Shown one piece after another: positions 1 to 14,700 of a stretch of DNA of 64,000 nucleotides. Location of the stretch: positions 21,948,001-22,012,000 of the forward strand of contig OZ365112.1 in NCBI GenBank assembly GCA_977030845.1, written 5' to 3'. The translations under genes were made by a program, and so were the position numbers. The notes beneath the pieces are model-generated. The model searched no databases. It worked only from the letters and a program-made list of their open reading frames with translations, and was not told the origin of the DNA. Source of the stretch: Fimbriosthenelais zetlandica. Its lineage: Eukaryota. The stretch's first letter is position 1, and every line of letters begins with the position of its first letter.

Positions 1-513
1 AGTACTGACAAAAACAAGCCATTAAAAAGTTGGGGAAGCTTAAAAGGCCCAGATATTAAAATTAGAATAAATTATTGGGCCAGGCAAGACATGCAAAGAC
101 CCGGGATCCATCCATCATCATTTAAACAAAAGGACCTTTCAACAACTAATGTCCAAAGCAAGAAATAAAATGGACAGAAATCTTCGCAATTGCATTTTTA
201 ATTATCCGTGGAAAGGTTAAGCTATAATTTCCTTTAGGAAATGAGGAAATAAAAGAGTGGATCATAAACCGTATTTGGTCAGCTAATTGACCGAAAGTGA
301 GGCTAAATAATTATCGTAAAAAGAGATTGAAAGTAAAAAGAGGTTATTGGTGCCCAATTATTGGTAGGACTAGAAATATGAGTCTATGAGAAGGGATCAA
401 ATTGTTAATTTATGAGTCTCAATAAGGAGTGTTGAAGGATATTAGTTTGGAAAGTAACTTAAGTTAATTAGACAAAAGTTAAGTATGGGCTGATCAAGTT
501 TCCACGGACTTAC
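1..513 (-). other. Start of the next GPCR intron (continues beyond the window edge)
   Basis: Canonical GTAAGT donor at 513-508 in phase 2 of the Arg codon; AT-rich non-coding sequence follows. Confidence 0.85.
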
Positions 514-613
514 CTTTCTATCGCTACAGCTGCAAGTGTATTAACTGAAGCAGAAACAGCAACTGCCTGCAGGTATGGAGTTGCTTTGCAGAGAAAGGCT
601 CCAAATATCCATT
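514..613 (-). CDS. SIFaR: Same GPCR, next coding exon: ECL1 and TM3
   Basis: 100-nt exon between acceptor CTTTTTCTTTTACAG (AG at 615-614) and donor AG|GTAAGT (513-508). Encodes (E)WIFGAFLCKATPYLQAVAVSASVNTLAAVAIE(R): WxFG, the conserved TM3 cysteine and the E-R of the DRY motif. Its phase (starts AA) completes the single G left by the upstream exon to give GAA. Confidence 0.93.
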
Positions 614-2979
614 CTGTAAAAGAAAAAGTCAATATACTGACTCCTAGTCCAGACAAGGAACGGGTGATTTGTGGAATACAGGGGTCATTCATATGCTACA
701 GTGAACTGCCGTATATCATACGCCATCCCTGGAGACAGGATGGCCCATAATTATTCCAAGCTCCACTTTTCAGCTGATAGGCCAACATTTTTTATGGGCA
801 AGTAAGAGATTAGTCTTAGCTTGACAGTAAACAGTCGAAAATTCATATAAATTCAGGTAATGGCAATAGAAAGATAGCAATTAAAGGTAACATACAAGTC
901 TCGAATGAGACGTTTAGGCATTCTTTTGATATATAATATAGAAATGTGTAATCAAGAGTAATTAACAGTTTGTATACCATTTTTCATTGTTTTATTTAAA
1001 ATATATATATATATATTGCATACCAGCTGGACTACGCTGAATATTTTTTTATAATATATACGGATGCAAACATCAAATTGAAAATGGAAAGTGAAAATGA
1101 AAGGAGAGCATTTTGTTATCCAGTAATGTTTGAAAATTTAAACTGCATTGATCGTGGATGCAGAAGATTGCATCCGAAGAATATGAACAGAACTTGTCCA
1201 GAGCACAGACCAATCAATCATGTTCTTTTTCCAGCTTCACTTTTAGGGCTTTGACGCAATTTCTGATAGTTTTTTTAACTGCCTGGGCAATGTCTCTTCT
1301 CGTGTTTATTTGCATGAAGTTCTTTTCCATAGTCTTTACAAATTCATAATTCTCTCCTTATTATTAGTCATTTAGCCCAGCATGACGTAAGTTGAACGTC
1401 GAGGGCCAAGCGAGGAAAGTAGAGCACAAAGAGTGAAGTTAATTTGAATTATGGAGAAAGAAAATAAAAGGATCTGTGTGCTCATACCTCATGGACAGTA
1501 GCCCACTGACAGGGTTTTGTTTGTGGATGATGCAGATCATCGTTAGACCATGGCAATGGACAGGTGCTTTGTAGCCAACAAAGCCAGATGCCAGGGGAAC
1601 CATGGAAAATTACAGCTGACATTATGGCTTTAGAATGAAGCCTAGATGTGTTTCACGGAGGAGGTCAATCATTTAGTATGTTCTTCCCACGGACAGTGCA
1701 CCTGATCTGTGTGAATGATAGGGGATCTGCACCCACTAGTATTCACAGGAAGAGCCTGAGTATGAGGATTACAAGGACCCAAAGAGACGTAAACCTTGGC
1801 TTTATGGTACTTTTTGCCTGTCTTAACTAAAAGATTACACAAAGGCAGAACAAAAACACGGTACTAGTATCTTTCGTCAGCACTCACAATTTCTTTCTTT
1901 GTATATAATATTTTATACAATATCTGGAATGTCTTCTTAAGTTCTTATGATAACTGTTGATGTGTCCCTACATGTACGTGACACAAGATATAGAGAAGTA
2001 ATTAATTTTAATGAGAAACAAATGTTTAATTTTAACATGAATCGCAAAGGGAATAGGCTCGAATCATACAAATTATCACAAACGTTAACAAGTCCTTTCA
2101 CCTTTTGAAAAGATCGATGCATGGGTCATGTCAAATTTAACATTTTGCTACCAGGCATCTTTTTAAAATCCACTTCGGGTCAGCCGGAGGCAACTTTAAA
2201 TCCTAAGCTAAAAGGTAACCAAGGGAAATGGAAGATGGATGGAGCACATAACGTCAGAGATGAACACTTTTCCTAGATTTCTGAGACTTTTCCCACCCTA
2301 ATCCTTCAAAGCACCTCTGACACTTGGGAAATCTATACTAGTGCTAACTGCAGGCTACAGAGATTTATGCCTTCTCAGTGTCGCATGGAATAGGAATGGA
2401 CAACATCCATGCATATACATTGTATGTAGGATCAGTGAATACGGGCGACACTAATGTAAAATCTACCGACAAAGAGATTTGATGAGATTCCAACATAGGA
2501 TTATGTTTTAAGTTTTCAGTTAGTATGATTTGTTACGTATTGTGGTATGTAGGCTATTGGCCTCCCATAATTTCTAGATGATCAGTAGAGTAGAGACTTG
2601 ATTGTGATGCCTGTTTTGGGTTTGGTCATGCTTTGTCTGACTTTCTTCTGATTGGATGCTTTGTCTATTGTATATATTTGTCTGGTTGGCATTTTGCTGT
2701 ATTTGGACCAGGCACTTCTTGACCATATTTGTGCATGTGGTAAACTTTTGCCTCATTGGTATTTTGGCCATGTTTGGGCTGTAATCTGTGTATGACTGGT
2801 GTGTTCTTTTTGCCAGACAAAATATTGTATATTGTGTGTTTATATCAAGTAAAATAATTATTGTGTATATATTTTTGGCAAATGGGTAGAAATTAACCGG
2901 GAACGTACCGCTATGTGATATATTAAGAAATATTCCCTTTCGTTAAGAATGTATTATATGATGGTACATAACAGATTCC

Positions 2980-3760
2980 ATTGACGTCGATGATGTCTTG
3001 GAAAAGCAATTGTGTCCGAAATGTCAGACTCCCTCCCAGATAACCCTGATGCATGAATGATTTGGCGTCGCAGAAACTACTATAGCAGGCGACTTCAGCA
3101 GCCAGTTTCAAAACAACTATTAGCAATGTTAAGTCTATGGGAAAGTTTTGCGCTGAAACGAGCCCAAGGTTGTATTCCTACCCCATGATACATTGGAAAG
3201 CAATGACTTTTAGTTGCACCTTAACATATCTGAGCATCATGCGCATACAGATTAGGAATTACTATGCATAATGACGCTTAAAAAGATACCACACCCTTGA
3301 AAAAATGATTGACCGCTTCCTTTCTGCCCCAAAAAAGATGACTTATTACGATAAAAAAGAATTGCTAAGACCCTAAGCACTCACAGTCATTCTTTGAGTG
3401 CCGCGCTTTCTGACAGCCAATTGTTAAAAGCATGAATTATGAACAATATTTAGTATCTTGAGACCATTAATCAAAATTAAACGAAGAATGCAAACTATAG
3501 GATTTACTAGAAAGCAAAGAAAGCCCCCTGTCATTAAAAGTAATGTATGAGGGTCATTAGGGATTTGAGTATAGTGACAAACTAGGCTACACATTTCATA
3601 AAGTAATAAATAATCTTTGACTAGTGTACAGCTGCGTCCATATAGAAGGTGGTGGATCACTGTGCTCTGCATAATGTTATTTAGAACTTGTTTTACAAAG
3701 AGAACTAACTGAACTTTCAAACATGAATAGTATGCGATTTTCCGCTAATGCCATAGAGAT
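2980..3760 (+). mobile_element. Very degraded Merlin/IS1595(ISXO2)-like transposase relic (weakest of three)
   Basis: Collinear fragments across frameshifts and stops: CPKC (3013-3024), IWRRR, LLAMLSLW, VIKSNV*GS, GYTFHKV (from 3585), IEG-WW (about 3642-3655), YLELVLQR. The catalytic IDE motif is not clearly retained. Confidence 0.25.
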
Positions 3761-6700
3761 TTGAAATTAAGAAAACTATTTCATAATCCACAGAAACGTA
3801 GTATCCATATGTCTCCAGTGTATTACCATTAAGTTGATTTATTAATCGAACTATTGGAACACTTGGAATTTTAGTACTTCCTTATAATTGCATATATAAA
3901 TAATACATTATCCGACAAAGTATTTGAATGTTTACTACAAAAGATAATTTCATTTATTTCAAGCAATGCATAATACCTTTCAATGGTGTATGTTTGTGTG
4001 ATGTGAGAAGGCATGACATATATTCATAATGCATTTCGTGAATTTAATAACATGTCCCCAAGCTCCTATTTATTCATATAATGAGGTTGAGACCTTTGTG
4101 TTTGCACAATAATTCTACAGCCGAGTTCGTCATTCATGAATATTTGATTATGCAGAATCTAGTGTCTCAAGTCTCTAGTGGGGCTAATATCGTTATATTG
4201 AAATTCATTCAAGTGGGCTTCATTCCGACAAGAGACATCTTTTTCCTTGTAATGCCTTGATAAATGTGGGTGGCTTCTGATAGGAATCCCATTTAGAGCA
4301 TTGTTGAGTTACAGAGTTCCATAATGCATGTATACGAAATGTACCATTCCAGGTATATTCCCAGTATATAAACCCAACGTTCAATGTACCAACAGAAATC
4401 AGTATAGCATGTTTTAATAGTGTATAGGATGTTTCCCAGCTTCTTTGGCTATGTCCCTCAGGGAGGGAATGTCATTGTTCCATCGATGCATTTCTACCCA
4501 CTTGCTTCCCGTCCCTCTCAATACATATGACATCAGATATTCTTTGAAATCATATAATGGTGAGGATAAAGTTATAAGGAGGCTAGGGGCCCTGAGCAAC
4601 TTAGTTCCCTTTAAAAGAACTCCTTTCGTTTCTTCATGTACGCCTTCCTGTAGGTCTCTAGTGGATAAGCTTGTGAGGATCAATGCCAACCCTTCTTCCA
4701 TCCACAAAAGCCCTTAGCATCATCTCCTCTCACAAACTCTCTACATATCGCCCTACAAGGCTTATATTGTCATGGCGATAACATTTAAAGTGTTTTCAGA
4801 TAACCAACCATCTGCGAAGCATGTTAGTCATGTGCACTACATGCAGTTGGTACCTCTAACAAAATATAAGGTGTTTGGATGCATAAAGGAGCATACTGAG
4901 CGAACATGTACTGTCATGCTTTTGAGCAGGATGGGACAATTGGATCTTCCTGATGAGAGGGCTCTCTTAATATTAAATGAACATACTCGGAAAGAGGCTA
5001 ATCGATTCAGAATGAAAATGAATGGCATACAAGTATGAAAATGTACAAAGCACCATAGTCCTTAGGATGAAGGAAGGGTGCAAATTATGATTTGTAAATA
5101 ATAATGTCAAGCAGGGATTCAAAGGTACATGTATAGTCACGAAATGTGTTAGCGTTGTGCAAGTGCTCTGCTGTTATATGCACTTAATTCCTAAAGTGTC
5201 CAAATCAATGAGGCTCCCAATGTACATTATTTTTACATTAGCAGCCGATAGTCGCCTCCCTTTCTGACACAACACTCCAATAGAGCCATTATCTAAGTCA
5301 ATTATTATACATATTCATAATATTACAAGATGTCTCCCTCGGGAATGCAAGAGTAATTCCAAGGTTATCATCAAAATAATTGATATAATGGAACATTTGA
5401 GGCCTTGGCAGTCGTTCTCAATGCAAATTATTTTCTTTTATTCCAATAAAAATATCCAATAAATGAAGCCATCCAGGTCTGAGGTTCAGTAATAAAGTCC
5501 TATAGAATAGCTTGTCTATCTGAGCATTGTAAGTTAGGTAAATTTGCCTTGTCCATGTCATATATAGATGAGGGTCTACTAATGATGACATAGTCGAAGG
5601 AAATCTTGTGTGTAAGGAATCTTTGTTCAGTACGGAGATGTCGGTTGCATGAGGGCTGTGTAGAAGGTATCTAGTATACAACTCTAGGGCATGGCATGTA
5701 TACGTGTATTTAGCTGTGAAGCAAGCAATGTGATATGGACTTTTACATATTCAGAACATGCTCTTAATTCTACGTCCACCCGACATTAGTCTGCAGGATA
5801 AACACCCCTGAAAGGTTTCACTCAAGGTTGAATCTCACTGGAATTCCTGAACTTTAAAGTCTTTAAGAAAGTAAAGAAGCTGTATCTAACAATTTCCTTT
5901 TGGTATACTTGGAAACTTTTAATCTTTAAACAGTTCTGTAAGGTTCTCATTTCATGAATCCCGGAGGCTGGATTGTAATGCATCCGAGGGACCCACGTGA
6001 CAGGAAGTAGTTTTATTGGCTGCTTCCGGTGGCCTGGTTGGCCCTGAGCCACTATGCATGACTGAAACTTTCCCACCACAAACATTATTATTGATGAACA
6101 TACGATCTTTGACATCGCTTCCACTTTCTTAAGCTGGATTATGTGAATAAATAAGTTGATGTCACAATATATATAGTAGAAATATATATATTTCCTTATT
6201 TTCAGTCGAGTACAGGTATGTAATTCTGGGCAAACGATCTGTCTTCTCTCTGTTCAGAATTTCAAAAAGGACTTTCACGATGAAAGTCGAGATTGTTAAA
6301 GAAAATGTTTAACATAAATTGTTAAATATTACGGTCCTATAAATCATGTACACACAATGTTTGAGTGTATAGTGTTCATTATAGATGGAAAGTTAATCTT
6401 TTACCACACGCTTTGAAGTTAACGATGTTATGCAAATAGAAGATGCTTTCAGAAGAAGCTTATCCAGTCCGCTAACTGCCAACATATTTGCATCATTAAA
6501 TCTCTTAAATGAAGTATACTGAAATAAGTTCTACATAAATCCACTTGTTTAATACACACTAGAAGTATATGGAACCTGACATTGAATCTCATTTCTGCAC
6601 CGATATCAGTCATCCTATAATAACTTTTACACTATCTGCACAGTGTACAGAATGAAAGTGACATGAGCTCATATTGCTCTAGGGAATTTAATTATCTTCT

Positions 6701-6922
6701 GTGCCATTTTATCGTGCTTAATTTGAGTGCATATCACCGATTGAGGCATCCTTCGAAACTACCAAGCAGACCCCCTGAATATGATGTTTTTCATATAACT
6801 TCATATCAATGTTTTACAGGCAACTCTTCGGCAGGCAACGGAAAAATACCGGCACAGAGGATGTGAGTAGGGTGGATATACCTTAATATTGATAATTAAT
6901 ATGGAGGAGAAAACTGTGTGGG

Positions 6923-6956
6923 GAGATTGGTCAGAAGTGGAGAGATTGGTCAGAAG
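6923..6956. repeat. Short tandem duplication (15-bp core, period 19)
   Basis: GAGATTGGTCAGAAG at 6923-6937 and 6942-6956. Confidence 0.9.
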
Positions 6957-8049
6957 ATGTTGTGTGATTAAGAACTCTTAACTCAGCCTACCTCGATATA
7001 TATGCGGTCATTTTGTGTAAAGGGAGTCTTTAAAAATTTCACATCTTGTCTAGTACTTCTAGAACTAGTCTTTCAGGAGTGAGGGTTTAATTACAAACTC
7101 TGCTTGCTGCTTGCTGGTTCCCATGGGGATTAGAAAACGCTGCTGATAATGTGGGAAAGTTTTGGTATGTATAAGACCCCTCTCCCATCTCCACCAACCC
7201 CTGTGTTAATTTTTATCGGCATTCTGTTGATTGTAAGCCAACAGCAGTGTTAGGGATGTGCTCAATGGAAACCAAGGAAAAACAGCCACTGTTAGCATCG
7301 CTTTAATTGCATTGCAAGCTAAGCTCTGTGGGTATGTTTAGCAGGGAAAAACATTGAGGCCTTGAGATATTTTCATCTTGGGAAACGCTTGTTCTTGGAC
7401 GATTCATTACATAAAAACGTAGGGCATAGCTCTATTAGGCCCTTAATAGTTCCTGCTACTCATCAGTTTGTTAATTGACTTTTTTCCCTCTCTGTATGGA
7501 CAAGTGGTGGGTCGATAGCAATATAGTAATGACGTGTTGAATTCATATGTCCTTGTACAAAATTTCCCATGATAGGACAACTAGAAACGGATAGGTCCCA
7601 CACCAATCTATCACAATCTGCCCTCTAACTGACAAGATTTCCTTACATTCCTTTCCTAATTATTTGCTACCAATATTATTCTAGCCCAAGGCTATTAGCT
7701 TCCTCAGATGTAGCTTAATATATTGTTTACCAGGCCTGCATGCTATACTAGACTCTGTGAGAGTATACGTAATTGGCACTGGGTGTGTGAAAGTAACTGG
7801 CATCTTCTCGTAGAAGACAGACTCGGCAACCAAATTTAAGTGAAGTAAACGACAACATCACAACAGTTGTTTGCTAAGTTCTTGCTCTGCACTAATAATT
7901 AAAACTGCAAAAAGTATCTCCGTCAAAATATATGATATTGTATAAATGAAAGATATGAAGTTACCGGAAGCCTGCTGCAACAAATTAATTTCAATAAAGT
8001 AAAGTTCTCTTGGATGAAGTTTGAGATTAGATATTTTTGATCGGTTTCC

Positions 8050-8760
8050 CTGATTAAATTTTAGATATACCCTGCAGGGATGTAAATATAATACTCCGAT
8101 GAGGGCGTGTAAGTGTTCCTCTTGTGGAGGTGTCACTTACATGGAGCATCGCGCCTTCTAGTGGCTGTCAGCTCGTAACAATACACAGACTTTGAATCCT
8201 TTTTATGGCAGGCATCAAATACCGTTGAATGGATGGAGAAACATCATCATAGGGTGTCACATATTTAGAGACACTCAGAAGATTGGAGGCGACATACGCT
8301 ATTTGGAAGCATATCCCGTGAAAAAAGACATTGTTACTCCTTCATTTTTTACAATTGGCCATCAGTTCGTATGGTACATGCTTGGAATTAGATGCATTAT
8401 ATTTATGTCCTCGATGTGTAAAATGAATCGATATCTGTGGTTTACATTCATGTATTGACATAAATAACGATGACAGGTGCTGATATTAAATTCCTTTTTG
8501 AAGGGTAATTTTGACGTTTCAGGCACTGGCCGTATGCATACCATAGGAGTACTGCATGAACTGGCCTGCAGGTATAGAAAAAGTATGGATATCCCACATC
8601 TAGTTTCTATCCGACGTGTTTTTTAGTCTGATGGATTCGGCCTTTATTGCACTATAAGGTTCATCCTTTCGTGTTTCATTTTGTCACCAGGAAAAATCCA
8701 ATATCAAATAAACTCTGGGATATTGTCTCCCTCCTATACATAGTGCAATGAACTTTAAAT
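8050..8760 (+). mobile_element. Degraded Merlin/IS1595-like transposase relic
   Basis: F*WLS...WRNIIIGCHIFRDTQKIGG (QKIGG at 8276-8290) resembles the W-x-N-x-x-REVC...KIGG block. Followed by WYMLGI and, in the same frame, SDGFGLY (8627 on), similar to SDxWxAY. Spacing is longer than typical. Confidence 0.4.
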
Positions 8761-11700
8761 GGAAAACTCCTGGATTGTTTTTATCTGGAGTCAACTCATC
8801 AATTTGACTTCAGTAATACATGCTCATTGTGGGTAACTGTCACGACTGGTATATCACTATGTACAAGGCCACTGCTGTTACACCGGCATCTTGATAATTT
8901 GATGAATACTAGGTGATGAGACTACATACTGTTCCCTGCCACGACTGTCATGGGTGAGCCCCTACTTGATCAATTTTCTCACCACAGCATCACCCACCCC
9001 GCCCACCTGCTGAAGAAGGGAACGACTTTGATTTAGTGTCTTCCTTTTCATAAAAACACATTTTGCCCAGACATTTTGAAAAGGAAGAACAAATTGAATC
9101 CACATCGACCTGGTGTTGGATAGCTGGCAGATGTTCAGCGACAACAGAAGATGAAAATCAATTTCAGTTTTGATTTTTTTTCTTACCTCGGCGGTTAGAT
9201 GTTAAAATGGCAATGTGTCTTCAACTCGATGGCACCAAATTGTGTGAGCCTTTGAATTAGTCTTGTCTAATTTACACGGACGCGAAATATAATTGAATCT
9301 GAACTAGTGTTGCTATCTGAGTCCTGGAATCGTTAAACCATTGCCATCAAGTTTCTGATGAAGTTCGCCCAAGTTAAATTGAACTTATTCAAGTTTGCAA
9401 ATTATTCACTGATGAGCATTTCTTTCACTGTATTAAGTACAGGCAAATGTGTGAAAGAGCAAGAGACTTTATGAAAATTTTCGGGAATCTATAGTATAGT
9501 CGGGGGTCGATAATCGCATAACCTATACAGGGAAGACAAATGTGTAGACAAATTCTTAAAATAACATATATCCAAACTGCCTCATAGACAACCTTAAGGC
9601 ACAAAGTTTACGGTGTAAGAGATGTCGTATATCAAGAGGACAAAGTAGAGCCATTCCAGTGATGCCACATTTGGGCATTGCCTCACGCAGCACTAGCGGA
9701 AGCACAGACCACATTTGTATCTCCAAACATCAAAGAAAGTGTTTATCTTGTATTTTATTGCTATGTCTTCTCAGCTAATCCTCGTGTGCCTCCCCTTCTT
9801 CCACCAGAATCATGTATGCATACCTGTACAATTATATATCATGAATGATTTCTTTGGGTATCCATCCTAATATGTATGCTAATCCCCTTTTAGCTACTGA
9901 TACATAATCCAACGGCAGGGCCCAAGTATATTTGTTAATCTTCCCCGGCTCATGATGGAAGGATAGGTTAGGTTACAAAGCTTGGTTGTCAGAAAAGGCA
10001 TATACTTTATTGGAGCAATCTACATACTTTGACAATAAACAGTGTTACGAAGGCCGCATACCTTATGAGCGTCTGGCTTAATTGTGCGTCTCATTTTGCG
10101 TAATAGCCTCTTATCATTGCCTATACAGTACTAACTTTCATGGGACCGAAATGACTTTTATATTAGTGTCAAGAGAAACAATTAATCTCTCTATAATACG
10201 CATCTTTGATGAGGCGCTTATTTCATGTTTTCATTGATTTTGTTCTGGGGTAATTGTCTATTGGAGTGCTGACTTTATTATAATGCACCATTCATCAGGC
10301 GAAGAGCCGATTTGCTTTACCCAGATTAGCCATGTTTCTATTAGGTGTATCGAGCATTGACATCCTTATTTATGAGGGGTTGCCTCGGACAAATATTCAT
10401 TTCCCTGCACTGCTCACGACCAATATCCTCCCAACTACCATGGCGGGTCAGAGTAGTATATAGAAATGTGATAAATCTTCTGGTCTTCGCTACTCTTCAT
10501 GACAGTCAAAACAAAGGCAGCAGCTGTCATTGCTGGCTCCAGTACATGAATGTCAACATGCCTCATATTCTCCGACAAAGATGGCATCTATGACTTTATA
10601 AAAGGGTACTTTGTGCTGTCTGTTAATTAATTGGATCACTTATTAAGTACTTTGAACATGTTATTAGGACTACTCTTCAAATGGCTTTGTGGTAAACAAG
10701 TGTCTTATTGATGACTGATTGGCAAAGTAAAGTGGCTTTCCAATGGAAGCTTCATTAACTTCTAGATAAGGATGCAAGGCTCTTTTATATATACATGGGA
10801 CTTATCAGGTTGTATAAGACCATTGTTATGACAGACCATACTTGACAAAACCGTCAATATAATTTATTTTATTTCTCTTATATCAAGCTAATAAGACGGA
10901 GGATCTATTATGGATTTCACAATGTGAAGTGAGTGTATGTATACTTATCTATAGATGGTAACACTGACGTGTAAATTATTTGTCAGGAATTCTGTCAGTT
11001 AATTGCTATTATCATCATTTCTAAACCTGGCTTCATTGCTTAACCATAAGTCCAGGGAATACAGAATTAAGAGGAAAAAAGACAAACTCCCAGTACTTGT
11101 AACTTAACACCTGAGTTGGTCACTCAACTGCTCCTTTGAGCAAACCAGATTGAGAATGTGTGTGAATGTGTGTGAATGATCGTGTGGTCCTGACCTGGTC
11201 CCGGCTCTCTGCTAATCCCAAAGAGACATTCCCAACCACACATCAGTCAAGAGGCGTGAAGGTGGGGAATTTCCTTCTTTCCTCCTCCTGTGGTAAACTA
11301 CCACAAACACTGTATATGTGCTGTGTGTATGCATATTATGTCAAGTGAGGGAAGTGGCGTAAGAGAGACATTATTTTATGGACGTTTGTTATAAATATGC
11401 ACACGCTTTCACATACAGAAAAAAAGAACTGTGCTCTAGATTGACATTACTAGCTTATGTCAAAGTGAAGAGCATTAAGGGTAAAATAGAAGGGTCGAGA
11501 ACAGCATTTTATGATGTTTCGTGAAAGAGGATGTGGATCTGAGACCACGATAGAAAGCATTAGGAATTCTTTGGGGATCAGAAGTCAAGTGGGGAATCCA
11601 TTAGTAACAGATTCTCTACTCCTACACAAGATTCTTCATTCATGATCGCATAACAAAAATAAATCCTTACAGAGAAATATGAAACTATAAATCTATGCCA

Positions 11701-14700
11701 TTACCACGTATACAAGGAGTTGTTCCTTCCTAAGCAAAATATTTGCTCATTAAAAGGGAGAAGTAAACTGCATCCTGAGAGGTATAAATTATCAGCAGCG
11801 TACGCGAATATAATGTCTGCATAGATCCTGACCTGAGTCACAATGCTAATATTAGTAAGATGCTTATATTAAGTAATTTAACGTAATTGGGTATATCAAC
11901 TGAACTCTTTTAATTGGTATTGATATTTATATATCAATACCTTTATTTGCTTTTGAAACACAGGTCAGTGTTAATGCAAGTTATGGTGAATACAAGAATG
12001 TTCCTTAATTATGTACTCTCGACGGGGGTAGCCACAATGCATGGGACATCCCATTACTCAAACACACGCTGTATGGGAGCAGGTGAAATTCCAACCAATT
12101 AAATCGTGCTCTCAGCAATTAGCAGGCCTCCACTTGTCGGGCATGAGCTAAAACCTTATGTTTAGAACTCCATCCAAAATACCAAGTCCTGCCAGACCTC
12201 CCAAATTTACAAGCATGTGGAGTAAGCAAGACTGTCATCAATCTATGTTTTATCAGCCCCTCACCGTTATCAATCGCTTGTGTCCTAAACTAATTAATTG
12301 TAGATTTGATCCAGAATTTGGTGGAAAACTGACATGGTATTGACATCTTAGACAACTTCCGGCGACAGTTCTGATATCTAAACGAAGATCGATGATGCGA
12401 TTTATGTCGACAACATGCGTATTAATTATACGAAGAAAGATTTGTTGGGTAATCCTTTCTGTCTACTAGTTTTGGTCTAGTTTAAACGTGCTGGTTTAAA
12501 ATTATCTTCTGCTTCACAAGCGCCATTTTTTCTATTGTTTTTCTTTCCCACCACCTTGGTCAATGCTTTCAATTTCACGGCCCTTATACAATGTGTCTCA
12601 TGTGAGCTGAGAAAGGCATTCCACTACCACTAATTATAATCTCATGTAATAAAACAGCCTCATGGGGCAATTCTTAAAATCCTGTCACGGCCATGAAAAT
12701 TAAATCCCCTTCTGGCTGGGAACGAACAAAACAATGCCCACTCATCGACTTGCCTTTTACGGAAAAAATAACCATAAGGGAGTCTGAGATTTGAGACTGA
12801 AAGGACTCTGTGGTGTCCAAGTCTCAAATGTAACAAAGAAACTCATGTTCACTGGAAGAGGAAGATATTTGATTCTGCAATTTAATATAAGATCTCTTTT
12901 TTAAACCATAATCGATCTGTCTTGACTTTTCCAAAGAATTACATCCCGTAATTTAATTTGTCAAATGCATTACAGTGCTCATTACAGTTGCCACCCTTAT
13001 CCAATTTACTAAGAACACTTCTCTTAGATAGAATCCATTATATAGCATTTTCAAAATCTGTTTTTGTGTTAGCTCTAGCAAGCTAGTTGAGGTAGTTAAA
13101 ATTCAGACTGAAGAACACGATGAGTTATGTACGATTGGGTCCACCTTAATACAACCGGCACCAAAAGTTGATCACTCTCATGTATGGCTAAGGACACCTT
13201 GAGACACGCCGATGCGTGTTCTTGGATACAAGGCTTACAACCACGAGCTAGTGAATCATACATGGGTGCTTACCAGGCCTTCCCTTGCCCTACAAGGCAT
13301 AATGGCGTGACTTATGGCACCAAAGTGGTGGCAATGACAGAAATATGGACGCAGAGGGATGTGGTCTACTAGACTGCAGGCGATCCCCGATTCCATGATC
13401 CCAGGGCCAGTACATAGCATTTTGGCGCTTCGGCAACTATTAATGGAAGAGTTCACAGTATACCAAGGTTATATATCCATCATTCTATTTATTTCAATCT
13501 TGATACTATGCTGCTAAATTGTTGGGTGTATGCCGTTCACATGCAGATGCCCATGCCAGACAAAGGGCTGGGTTTACTGGGAAATGAAGGCAAACGAAAA
13601 AAGCAGGGCTATCACATCCACACAATATACTATCAAAGGAGGGAGGAGAGGCGACAAGACGATCAACAAAGCCTGCTGTCACAGAAGTTGAGGGGAACCA
13701 TCAATTAAACAAACATGAAGGCATGAAGGGGAACATGTGGCAAATAAAAGGTTGTTCGCGGCGAGAACAAAACACTGGGTGTCTGTAAGTGAAAAAAGTG
13801 GAGAGACAGTTTATATAGGAGAATGCTGTTAGAAGGTATTTGGAAATGTGGGAAAGCCTCAACAAAAGCAGGCAGCATGAGGAAAAAGTTCATGTTTGGG
13901 ACTTAATATTTGAAACGAATGGTATGTTAAGGAGTTTAAGAAAATGGTATGGTAGTTGATGATGGACAAATGAATTCAGCCCGGAAGACAAACACATTTA
14001 TAAGGGTTCTTTTATTGCAAGTGTTGATATGGATTGGCGTTGCATGTTTGACTCATTGATGAATTGTGGATTGTTGACTTAGTTTCTTCGATACTAAATT
14101 AACGTTTTCATTCTTGTCCTCATGTGTCTGCCCCCGTCACTGCCATTTGCACATACATACTCTCTAATCAAACTATATTATAGGATAAATTCACTTATAT
14201 CAAAGGAAATAGAACTTTGTGACATTTTTTCTGCCTATGAGTTTGGTATAAATGAGTTATGCACTATATCTCTATATCACTATATACCTCAGGCACAGAA
14301 ACTAAGTGCTCCAGTTATGATGAATGCATATTGCTATTTTCAATTGCAAATAGAGGGGACAGAGTGTGGGCGAGGAGCTGCATCTGCTCTAGCCTTATTT
14401 GAATTACAAACGACCCTGAGTTCCTGGCTTGGGAGATATGAATCTGCAAAACGAGATGGGGTAAGTCTGACTTTGGGAGTTCAGACTGCAGTTGAATTGA
14501 GGCACATGTAACCCAACGAGGCTTGAGGAAAATTCAGGAGAAAGGTGCCTTTGTCAGTCAATGAAGTGCATTCAGGGCAACAACAATGTTAAATGACTAA
14601 TAAAATTGAAATGGATTCCCAGGGGTTAAGATTCGGTCATTAGCAGGTTTGTCTCCGAGGATAATTCTGACAAATTAACCCGAAAGGCATGAGCCTCGAA

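Noticed and set aside
614-692. N-terminal part of the supplied ORF 510-692
   Set aside because: Lies upstream of the splice acceptor at 615-614, so it is intronic.
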